Source of the DNA: Acidimicrobiia bacterium
Lineage (GTDB): Bacteria; Actinomycetota; Acidimicrobiia; Acidimicrobiales; AC-14
Direction of reading: 5' to 3'
Assembly (NCBI GenBank): GCA_023264995.1
Contig: JAHFUR010000014.1
Location: 32,453-96,452 of the forward strand
Length of the DNA: 64,000 nt
The translations under genes and the position numbers were made by a program. Below, in pieces: positions 55,336-64,000 of the stretch (position 1 is its first letter; each line of letters opens with the position of its first letter). The notes under the pieces are model-generated. The model worked only from the letters and a program-made list of their open reading frames with translations. It was not told where the DNA came from and did no database searches.

Positions 55336-56621
55336 CAGGCGTCGCGGGCGCAGCGGAAGCCGGCGAAGATCTGGCGGCGGATGGGGTAGTCCCAGTTGCG
55401 GAACGTGGTGCGCACGGCCAGTGGCGACGCGGCCCACGAGCCGCCTCGGAGCACCTTGTAGCCCGAGCCGAAGAACACCTCGGAGTACTCCCGGTAGGGG
55501 AACGTGACGAAGCCCGGGTAGGGCTCGAAGTCCGACGCCGTCCACTCCCACACGTCGCCGACCATCTGGTGGCAGCCATAGGCGCTGGCGCCGGCGGGGT
55601 ACGCGCCGACGGGCGCAGGCCGGAAATGGGTGCCGCCCAAGTTGGCCCGCTCGGCGGTCGGCCCGCCGTCGCCCCACGGCCAGCGGTGCTTGACGCCGGC
55701 CGGCGACCACGACGCCGCCTTCTCCCACTCGGCCTCGGTGGGCAGGCGCTTGCCGGCCCAGCGGGCGTAGGCGTCGGCCTCGTACCAGCACACGTGCTGC
55801 ACCGGCTCGTCGAGGGGCAGGTCCTCGTGCCAGCCGAAGCGCAGGCGGGACCAGCGGCCGCCGCCCTCGGCCCGCCAGAACTCGGGCGCGACCAGGCCGG
55901 CCTTCTCCCGCCAGGCCCACCCGTCGGCCGTCCACCAGCGGGGCTCGTCATAGCCGCCGTCGGCCACGAACCCGGCGTAGGCGCCGTTGGTCACGGGGGC
56001 GGCGTCGATGCGGAAGCCGGGCAGGTCGACGAGGTGCGCCGGCCGTTCGTTGTCGTAGGCCCACGCCTCGTCGTCGGTGCCCATCACGAACGGCCCGGCC
56101 GGCACCAGGACGTCGCCGGTGACCGGCGAGCCGGCCGGTGGCGCCGGCGCCAGCGGGCGGTACCCGGTGCCGCCCATGAGCTGGAGGGTGGCCAGCATGG
56201 TCTCGTCGTGCTGGTGCTCGTGCTGGACGACCATGCCGTAGACGAACCCGCCGGCCAGCAGGGGCGCGCCGGCGTCGAGGTCGACCCGCTCGAGCGTGTC
56301 GAGGGCCCGGCCCCGGACCTCGGCCAGGTAGCGGCGGGCCTCGGCCGGGCCGAGCAGCGGCAGCGCCGGCCGGTTGGGGCGGGGGTGGCGGAAGGCGTCG
56401 TAGATGTCGTCGAGCGCTTCGTCGATGGGCGCGGCGCCGGCGACGGCGCGGAGCAGCCAGAGCTCCTCGTAGTTGCCGATGTGGGCCAGGTCCCAGACCA
56501 GGGGCGACATGAGGGGGGAGTGCTGGCGGCGCAGGCCGTCGTCGTCGAGCGGGTCGAGCAGGTCGAGGGACCGGCGCCGGGCCGACTCGAGATCGTCCAC
56601 CACCTTTTGGCGAACCTCCAT
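55335..56621 (-). CDS. egtB: Ergothioneine biosynthesis sulfoxide synthase (DinB + FGE-sulfatase domains)
   Basis: [16 protein letters not shown] (DinB His), HEHQHDETM iron-binding motif, then ...PVTNGAYA.F...GGY....W...[39 protein letters not shown]. Confidence 0.9.
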   Translation of the reverse strand: MEVRQKVVDDLESARRRSLDLLDPLDDDGLRRQHSPLMSPLVWDLAHIGNYEELWLLRAVAGAAPIDEALDDIYDAFRHPRPNRPALPLLGPAEARRYLAEVRGRALDTLERVDLDAGAPLLAGGFVYGMVVQHEHQHDETMLATLQLMGGTGYRPLAPAPPAGSPVTGDVLVPAGPFVMGTDDEAWAYDNERPAHLVDLPGFRIDAAPVTNGAYAGFVADGGYDEPRWWTADGWAWREKAGLVAPEFWRAEGGGRWSRLRFGWHEDLPLDEPVQHVCWYEADAYARWAGKRLPTEAEWEKAASWSPAGVKHRWPWGDGGPTAERANLGGTHFRPAPVGAYPAGASAYGCHQMVGDVWEWTASDFEPYPGFVTFPYREYSEVFFGSGYKVLRGGSWAASPLAVRTTFRNWDYPIRRQIFAGFRCARDA

Positions 56622-56647
56622 CCGGATCAGTGTGTCACCATCGGACG

Positions 56648-58318
56648 ATGGATCTTCGTAGCCGAGAGGTGACGGCCGGGTTCGAGCGGGCGCCGGCGCG
56701 GGCCATGCTCCGGGCCGTCGGCATGACCGACGCCGACTGGGACAAGCCGCAGGTGGGCGTGGCCAGCTCGTGGAACGAGGTGACGCCCTGCAACATGCCC
56801 CTCGACCGGCTGGCCAAGCGGGCCAAGGAGGGGGTGCGGGCGGCCGGCGGCTTCCCGCTGGAGTTCGTCACCATCGCCGTGTCCGACGGCATCTCCATGG
56901 GCCACGAGGGCATGCGGGCCTCGCTGGTGAGCCGGGAGGTCATCGCCGACTCCGTGGAGACAGTCATGCACGCCGAGCGCTTCGACGCCCTGGTCACCTT
57001 CGCCGGGTGCGACAAGTCGCTCCCCGGCATGCTCATGGCCGCGGCCCGCATCAACCTGCCCAGCGTGTTCCTCTACGGCGGCACCATCCTCCCGGGGCGG
57101 GGGGCCAAGGGCGAGGCCCTCGACATCGTCAGCGTGTTCGAGGCGGTGGGGGCCCATGCCGCCGGCGGCCTGACCGCCGAGGAGCTGTCGCTGATCGAGC
57201 ACAACGCCTGCCCCACCATCGGCTCGTGCGCCGGCATGTTCACGGCCAACACCATGGCGTGCGTGGCCGAGGCCCTGGGCATGTCCCTGCCGGGCTCGTC
57301 GTCGGCGCCGGCGGTCGACCGGCGCCGCGACGACCTGGCCTACGCCAGCGGCCAGGCGGTCATGGCGTTGATCGAGGCCGGGATCCGGCCCCGCCAGATC
57401 CTCACCAAGGCCGCCTTCCTCAACGCCATCGCCGTGGTCAACGCCCTGGGCGGGTCCACCAACGCCGTCCTCCACCTGCTGGCCATCGCCAACGAGGCCC
57501 GGGTCGAGCTCGAGCTCGACGACTTCAACGTCGTCGGCCGGCGGGTGGCCCACGTGGCCGACATGAAGCCCCACGGCCGCTTCCACATGTCCGACCTCGA
57601 CGCGGTGGGCGGCGTCGCCGTGGTCATGCGCCAGCTCCTCGAAGCCGGCCTGCTCGACGGCGACTGCCTCACCGTCACCGGGCGCACCATCGCCGAGAAC
57701 CTGGCTGCCCTCGACCCGCCGGCGCCCGACGGCCGGGTGGTCCACGCCCTGGCGGACCCGATCCACGCCGAGGGCGGCATCGCCGTCCTCCGGGGCTCGC
57801 TGGCGCCCAAGGGGGCGGTCGTGAAGGTGGCCGGCCTCGACGTCCTGCGCTTCGAGGGCACGGCCCGGGTCTTCGACGGCGAGGCCGCGGCCATGGAGAC
57901 GATCCTCGCCGGCGGCATCAACGCCGGCGACGTGGTCGTCATCCGCTACGAGGGCCCCAAGGGCGGGCCGGGCATGCGGGAGATGCTGGCCGTCACCGGG
58001 GCGCTCAAGGGCGTGGGCCGGGGGGCCGACGTGGCCCTGGTCACCGACGGGCGGTTCTCCGGCGGGACCCACGGCTACTGCGTCGGCCACGTGGCCCCGG
58101 AGGCGGTCGACGGGGGCCCGATCGGCCTGGTCGCCGACGGCGATGCCATCGTGATCGACGCCGGCGCCCGCACGATCGACCTGCTGGTCGACGACGCCAC
58201 CCTCGCCGCCCGCCGCCTCGATTGGAAGGTCCCCGAGCCCCGCTACACCACCGGCGTGCTGGCCAAGTACGCCCGGCTGGTCACCGGGGCCGAGCGCGGG
58301 GCGGTCACCGAGCCGTAA
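56648..58318 (+). CDS. ilvD: Dihydroxy-acid dehydratase
   Basis: [90 protein letters not shown]. Confidence 0.95.
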   Translation: MDLRSREVTAGFERAPARAMLRAVGMTDADWDKPQVGVASSWNEVTPCNMPLDRLAKRAKEGVRAAGGFPLEFVTIAVSDGISMGHEGMRASLVSREVIADSVETVMHAERFDALVTFAGCDKSLPGMLMAAARINLPSVFLYGGTILPGRGAKGEALDIVSVFEAVGAHAAGGLTAEELSLIEHNACPTIGSCAGMFTANTMACVAEALGMSLPGSSSAPAVDRRRDDLAYASGQAVMALIEAGIRPRQILTKAAFLNAIAVVNALGGSTNAVLHLLAIANEARVELELDDFNVVGRRVAHVADMKPHGRFHMSDLDAVGGVAVVMRQLLEAGLLDGDCLTVTGRTIAENLAALDPPAPDGRVVHALADPIHAEGGIAVLRGSLAPKGAVVKVAGLDVLRFEGTARVFDGEAAAMETILAGGINAGDVVVIRYEGPKGGPGMREMLAVTGALKGVGRGADVALVTDGRFSGGTHGYCVGHVAPEAVDGGPIGLVADGDAIVIDAGARTIDLLVDDATLAARRLDWKVPEPRYTTGVLAKYARLVTGAERGAVTEP

Positions 58319-58423
58319 GAGCCGGTGAGGGGCCACGGGATGGGGTATTCTCCCGGCCTGAATGCTTGCCAGTTGCGGCGGTTCTGCGACAAACTTCGGG
58401 CCGGCCTGAGCGGGGAGTGCGTG

Positions 58424-59809
58424 ATGACACGGAGTAAGAGTTCCGCCCACTCGGTGGCGCGGCGCGCCGCCATGGCGTCGATGACCGTCCTGGCCGCCAG
58501 CGGCATCGGGCTGGTTGCCGCGCCGATGGCGTTCGGCCAGATCGTCATCCCCATCGGCGGCCCCATCGGGCTGAGCAGCCAGAGCGCCGGCGTCACCAAC
58601 TCCGGGTCGGCGAGTGCCAACAGCGGCGGCAACACCGCGGTCGGCAACGGCTCCACCAACACCGCGGCTGCGTCGGCGCCCGGCAGTAGCGCAGTCGGCG
58701 TCCCGGTGAGCCTGGGTGCGCCCACCAACACCTCTGAGGGCACGGCCACGGTCACCTCCGGCCCGGCGGCGGCCATCGGCAACTCGGCCCAGACCGGCAC
58801 GACCCAGTCCAATGCCTCCGGCAACCAGGTCAACGGGTTCCTGTCCGCCCAGGACCAGTCGGCCGGCGTGACCAACTCCGGGTCGGGCAGCGCCAACACG
58901 GGCGGCAACACCGCCATCGGCAACAACTCCCGCAACAGCGCCACCGTCACCCAGGGCGTCTCCGGCGGCCTGGTCGGCGTCGGCGCCACCCTCGGTGGCC
59001 CGGTCAACAACTCCACGGGTACCTCCACCATCAACACCGGGGCGGCCAACGCCCTCGGCAACAACTCGGCCACCAACGTCGGCCAGGGCATCGTCCAGGG
59101 CGGCGGCGGCGGGTTCGGTGGCGGGCCCGTGGTCGGCGGGGCGGGTGTCGGTGGGGCCGGCGGCGGCCCGGCCGGCGGCGTGCTCGTCGGTCCCGGTCCG
59201 GGCGCCATCGGCGGCCCGGGTGTCGGGGCGGTCCGCGGTATCGGTGGGGCCGGCGCCGGGCCTGCGCCCTGCAGCAACGGCCGCTTCGTCTCTTTCCAGG
59301 ACGTGAACGTGCGCAACCAGGGCCAGGCCCAGGCCAACACGGGCAACAACACCGCCATCGGCAACAACTCCACCAACAACGCCTCCGCCGACGTGGCCGG
59401 CGCCGGCCAGACCGTCTCCGGCGGGCTCGTCGGCGTGGGCGTCACCATCGGCGGCCCGGTGAACAACTCCAGCGGCTCGGCGGTCATCAACACCGGCCCG
59501 GCCTCGGCCATCGGCAACAACTCCACCACCCAGGTCAACCAGTTCGAGGGCTGCCCGCAGGTGGTCACCGTCGCCGGCCGCCCGGGTGTGCCCGTGCCCG
59601 TCGCCGCCCGGGGCATCGCCCAAGGCACCCTGGCCCGCACCGGCCTCGACACCGGTGACCTGGGCATGATCGCCGGCGCCCTCGTCGGTGCAGGCATGCT
59701 GCTGGTCGCCTCCCAGCGCCGGCGCCTGGCCGCCCGGGCCGCCGCCGTCCCCATGTCCGGCCTGGGCCTCGGCCTCGGCGGCGACGACTGGGACCGTGCC
59801 GTCCGCTAG
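58424..59809 (+). CDS. Secreted Gly/Asn/Ser/Thr-rich repeat protein with LARTG sorting signal
   Basis: Signal peptide ..MASMTVLAASGIGLVAAPMAFG. Three ~75-aa repeats (nt ~58580-58798, 58856-59083, 59309-59536) and a poly-Gly spacer (59093-59269). LARTG at 59630-44, then a TM helix and SQRRRLAAR. Confidence 0.7.
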   Translation: MTRSKSSAHSVARRAAMASMTVLAASGIGLVAAPMAFGQIVIPIGGPIGLSSQSAGVTNSGSASANSGGNTAVGNGSTNTAAASAPGSSAVGVPVSLGAPTNTSEGTATVTSGPAAAIGNSAQTGTTQSNASGNQVNGFLSAQDQSAGVTNSGSGSANTGGNTAIGNNSRNSATVTQGVSGGLVGVGATLGGPVNNSTGTSTINTGAANALGNNSATNVGQGIVQGGGGGFGGGPVVGGAGVGGAGGGPAGGVLVGPGPGAIGGPGVGAVRGIGGAGAGPAPCSNGRFVSFQDVNVRNQGQAQANTGNNTAIGNNSTNNASADVAGAGQTVSGGLVGVGVTIGGPVNNSSGSAVINTGPASAIGNNSTTQVNQFEGCPQVVTVAGRPGVPVPVAARGIAQGTLARTGLDTGDLGMIAGALVGAGMLLVASQRRRLAARAAAVPMSGLGLGLGGDDWDRAVR

Positions 59810-59852
59810 GGCTCGTTTGCCCATCTCGGCCGGGGCGTGGCACACTGATGCG

Positions 59853-59888
59853 GTGAGCCGCTTTCGCGCCCTCGTACTTCTGACCTAG
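59853..59888 (+). promoter_or_regulatory. Candidate ilvB leader peptide (11 codons, V/L-rich)
   Basis: GTG AGC CGC TTT CGC GCC CTC GTA CTT CTG ACC TAG = (M)SRFRALVLLT. The stop abuts hairpin GCGCACGC (59888-95) / GCGTGCGC (59906-13). Confidence 0.5.
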
Positions 59889-59915
59889 CGCACGCCTCAC
59901 CATACGCGTGCGCCG

Positions 59916-59946
59916 ACGACCTCCCTCCGGGGAGGTCGTTTTGTTT
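59916..59946 (+). terminator. Intrinsic terminator (attenuator) upstream of ilvB
   Basis: ACGACCTCCC-tccg-GGGAGGTCGT followed by TTTTGTTT. It is the only canonical U-tract terminator I see in the window, and it sits 42 nt before the ilvB ATG rather than after a gene. Confidence 0.7.
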
Positions 59947-59987
59947 CCCGGACCGAGTTACCCCCTGCTGATCAGGAGAGCCAAGCG

Positions 59988-61721
59988 ATGAAGCTGAACG
60001 GGGGCCAAGCCCTCATCAAGAGCCTGGAGATGGAAGGTGTGGAGGTCATGTTCGGCCTCCCCGGCGGCGCCATCCTGCCGGTCTACGACCCCATCATCGA
60101 CTCGCCGATCCGCCACATCCTCGTGCGCCACGAGCAGGGCGCCGGCCACATGGCCGAGGGCTATGCCCACGCCACGGGCCGGCCCGGCGTGGCCATGGTC
60201 ACCAGCGGGCCGGGGGCCACCAACATCGTCACCCCCCTGGCCGACGCCATGATGGACTCGATCCCGATCGTCGTCATCACCGGCCAGGTGCCCAGCGCGG
60301 CCATCGGCACCGACGCCTTCCAGGAGTGCGACATCATCGGTGTCACCCGGTCGATCACCAAGCACAACGAGCTGATCACCTCGGCCCAGGACATCCCCCG
60401 GGTCATCCACGAGGCCTTCCACATCGCCACCACCGGCCGGCCCGGCCCGGTCCTGGTCGACATCCCCAAGGACATCGTCGACCCCAACAACCCCAACTCG
60501 GCCATGGACTGGTACTGGCCCGACTCCATCGACCTGCCGGGCTACAAGCCCACGGTCAAGGGCCACCCCCGCATGATCCGCGAGGCGGCCAAGCTGATCG
60601 CCGAGTCCCGGCGCCCGGTCATCTACGCCGGCGGCGGCATCCTCAAGGCCCGGGCTGCCGAGGCCCTGCGGGAGCTGGCCGAGCTGACGGGCATCTCTGT
60701 CGTCACCACCCTGATGGCCCGGGGCGCCTTCCCCGATTCCCACCCCCTGTGCCTGGGCATGCCCGGTATGCACGGCAACTACACGGCTATCACCTCCATG
60801 CAGGAGTCCGACCTGCTGATCGCCCTGGGCTCGCGCTTCGACGACCGGGTGACGGGCAAGGTGGGCGCCTTCGCCCCGGGGGCCAAGATCATCCACGTCG
60901 ATGTCGACCCGGCCGAGCTGGGCAAGGTCCGCCGGCCCGATGTGCCCATCGTGGGCGACTGCCAGTCGGTCATCGTCGAGCTGATCCGTGAGGTCCGCGA
61001 ATTGGGCGCCCAGCCCGACCGCGCCGAGTGGGACGCCCAGCTCAAGGCGTGGCAGGCGCAGTTCCCGCTGCACTACGACCAGGGCTGGGGGGAGGGCGAC
61101 GCCCTCAAGCCCCAGTTCTGCATCGAGCAGCTCCGCGACGGCTCGCCCGAGGACACCATCGTCGTGTCGGGCGTCGGCCAGCACCAGATGTGGTCGAGCC
61201 AGTTCTGGCGGTTCAACCACCCCTACACCTGGATCAACTCCGGCGGTCTGGGCACGATGGGCTTCGCCGTGCCCGCGGCCATCGGCGCCAAGGTGGGCAT
61301 GCCCGGGCGTACGGTGTGGGCCATCGACGGTGACGGCTGCTTCCAGATGACGGCCCAGGAGCTGGTGACGGCCAGCGCCGAGCGCATCCCGGTCAAGGTG
61401 GCCATCCTCAACAACGCCTACCTGGGCATGGTCCGCCAGTGGCAGGAGCTGTTCTACGAGGAGCGCTACAGCGAGGTCTACCTGTCGCCCGACCTGCCCG
61501 ACTACAAGATGTGGGCCGAGGCCATGGGCTGCGTCGGCATGCGCGTCGAGCACCCCGACGAGGTCGCCCCGGCCATCGAGAAGGCCAACGCCATCGACGA
61601 CCGGCCGGTGGTCATCGACTTCCGGGTCGACTGGACCGAGAAGGTCTACCCCATGGTCGCCGCGGGCACGTCGAACAGCAACGTGATCCTCGGCCCGGAG
61701 ATGGGCCAAGGCGGTCACTGA
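59988..61721 (+). CDS. ilvB: Acetolactate synthase large subunit
   Basis: [52 protein letters not shown], the ThDP motif [15 protein letters not shown].......V.AIDGDG.FQM...EL.T, and [12 protein letters not shown]. Confidence 0.95.
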   Translation: MKLNGGQALIKSLEMEGVEVMFGLPGGAILPVYDPIIDSPIRHILVRHEQGAGHMAEGYAHATGRPGVAMVTSGPGATNIVTPLADAMMDSIPIVVITGQVPSAAIGTDAFQECDIIGVTRSITKHNELITSAQDIPRVIHEAFHIATTGRPGPVLVDIPKDIVDPNNPNSAMDWYWPDSIDLPGYKPTVKGHPRMIREAAKLIAESRRPVIYAGGGILKARAAEALRELAELTGISVVTTLMARGAFPDSHPLCLGMPGMHGNYTAITSMQESDLLIALGSRFDDRVTGKVGAFAPGAKIIHVDVDPAELGKVRRPDVPIVGDCQSVIVELIREVRELGAQPDRAEWDAQLKAWQAQFPLHYDQGWGEGDALKPQFCIEQLRDGSPEDTIVVSGVGQHQMWSSQFWRFNHPYTWINSGGLGTMGFAVPAAIGAKVGMPGRTVWAIDGDGCFQMTAQELVTASAERIPVKVAILNNAYLGMVRQWQELFYEERYSEVYLSPDLPDYKMWAEAMGCVGMRVEHPDEVAPAIEKANAIDDRPVVIDFRVDWTEKVYPMVAAGTSNSNVILGPEMGQGGH

Positions 61722-61722
61722 C

Positions 61723-63295
<1,573 letters not shown>

Positions 63296-63337
63296 CCGAG
63301 CCCTCGGCGCCGGGGGCCTCGCGTCATACTGGTCGAC

Positions 63338-63742
63338 GTGGCCGGCGGCGGATCCTCAGCGGACGACCTTCCCGAGGGGATGCGCCTGCATGTCTTCGCC
63401 GCGCTTGCCCGCCAGTTGGAGGCCGACCATCAGGAGCTGATCGGCTTCCTGGCAGGCGCCCTGGCCCGGGCCCTGCCGGGGGCGGTGACCGTCCGCCGGC
63501 GGGGGCTGCTGGGGGCCAGGTCCGTGTCGGCGGTCGAGGTGCTGCTGGGCCAGCGTCAGTACGAGGTGCACGTCCGCCACGGCCGGCTCGAGACCGTGGT
63601 GGCCCAGGTCGTCGGCGGGGTCGTGCTCCGCCACGACCCGGTGGCGGTCGACGCGTGGGTCGAAGGCCTGCTCGGCGACCTGGAGCGCCTGGCCATGGAG
63701 TCCGACGCGGCCCGGGCCGCGCTGGAGCGGCTGGTGCGGTGA
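63338..63742 (+). CDS. Hypothetical protein
   Basis: GTG start, consistent high GC3, and a stop overlapping the next GTG (GTGA at 63739-42). No recognisable motif. Confidence 0.4.
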   Translation: MAGGGSSADDLPEGMRLHVFAALARQLEADHQELIGFLAGALARALPGAVTVRRRGLLGARSVSAVEVLLGQRQYEVHVRHGRLETVVAQVVGGVVLRHDPVAVDAWVEGLLGDLERLAMESDAARAALERLVR

Positions 63743-64000
63743 GCATCCCTGGGCTGCGCAGCCTCCTCGTCACGATGGACCAGTCGGTGACGCCCCTGGG
63801 TGTGGCCCTGGGCGCCGGCATCTTCCAGATCTGGCGGCCGACGTCGTGTGCCACCCTCATGGGCCGCTCGGGGGAGCCCCTCGTGCCCGCCTGGTACGAG
63901 AACGCCCTGCGCGATGCCTGGGCCACCGCCGTCGCCCGGCTTGACGACGAGGCCCGGCGCATGGGCGCCCACGGCGTGCTGGGGACCACGGTGACCCAGC
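63739..64000 (+). CDS. 5' part of a hypothetical gene running off the window (possibly YbjQ/UPF0145-like)
   Basis: My own translation is VSIPGLRSLLVTMDQSVTPLGVALGAGIFQIWRPTSCATLMGRSGEPLVPAWYENALRDAWATAVARLDDEARRMGAHGVLGTTVTQ.., with good codon bias. The ..A..RL..EA...GA.GV.G.. tail resembles the YbjQ family, but this is weak. Confidence 0.35.
   Translation, partial: MSIPGLRSLLVTMDQSVTPLGVALGAGIFQIWRPTSCATLMGRSGEPLVPAWYENALRDAWATAVARLDDEARRMGAHGVLGTTVTQ

Noticed and set aside
52500-59809. Expectation of a sortase gene next to the two LAxTG substrates
   Set aside because: The intervening genes are clearly egtD, egtB and ilvD. No TLxTC-containing sortase-like ORF is present in this window, so any sortase assignment must come from elsewhere in the genome.
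56627-59845. 1072-aa minus-strand ORF
   Set aside because: It is antisense to ilvD and to the LARTG repeat protein. There are no motifs, and the composition is an artefact of GC-rich antisense reading.

Overview
By eye this is a very high-GC chromosomal core segment of an actinobacterium (Actinomycetota); I cannot fix the class from sequence alone. It is densely coding, with about 65 genes, mostly on the + strand, and many 1-8 nt start/stop overlaps (ATGA/GTGA). Recognisable content, in order:
- A wecA-like 3' end.
- A complete F1Fo ATP synthase operon (atpZ-like, atpI, atpBEFHAGDC).
- A 2H-phosphoesterase fusion, an M23 peptidase and glpX.
- A Zn-ribbon/J-domain/hydrolase operon, an MFS transporter and a NifU-like protein.
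- The full GlgE alpha-glucan pathway: glgP divergent from glgE-treS-mak-glgB.
- iscS-mnmA, then ligA coupled to an HD-GYP/LuxR regulator.
- Small redox and cupredoxin genes, then an XRE/nucleotidyltransferase/HIT triad.
- A PASTA Ser/Thr kinase.
- A DUF4331/TPR/NicO-like envelope operon.
- gatCAB, then a MhuD-like monooxygenase.
- Two LAxTG-anchored Gly/Asn-rich surface proteins flanking egtBD and ilvD.
- ilvBNC with a leader peptide and attenuator.

I found no rRNA, tRNA, CRISPR array, transposase, integrase or known defence system. The six-frame track contains many long spurious ORFs (antisense or out of frame, rich in Arg/Pro/Gly/Ala), as expected at this GC content.

The observations most worth a second look:
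1. The translationally coupled XRE-NTase-HIT triad with a palindromic operator.
2. The four-gene exported DUF4331/TPR/His-rich NicO-like operon.
3. The two sortase-E-type (LARTG) repeat proteins.
4. A 29-bp tandem duplication that creates two identical MSTPG mini-ORFs in front of the MhuD-like gene.
5. Two families of short dispersed palindromic elements at gene 3' ends, plus a perfect 27-bp stop-to-stop hairpin.

All functional calls come from motif recognition by eye, and none has been checked against a database.
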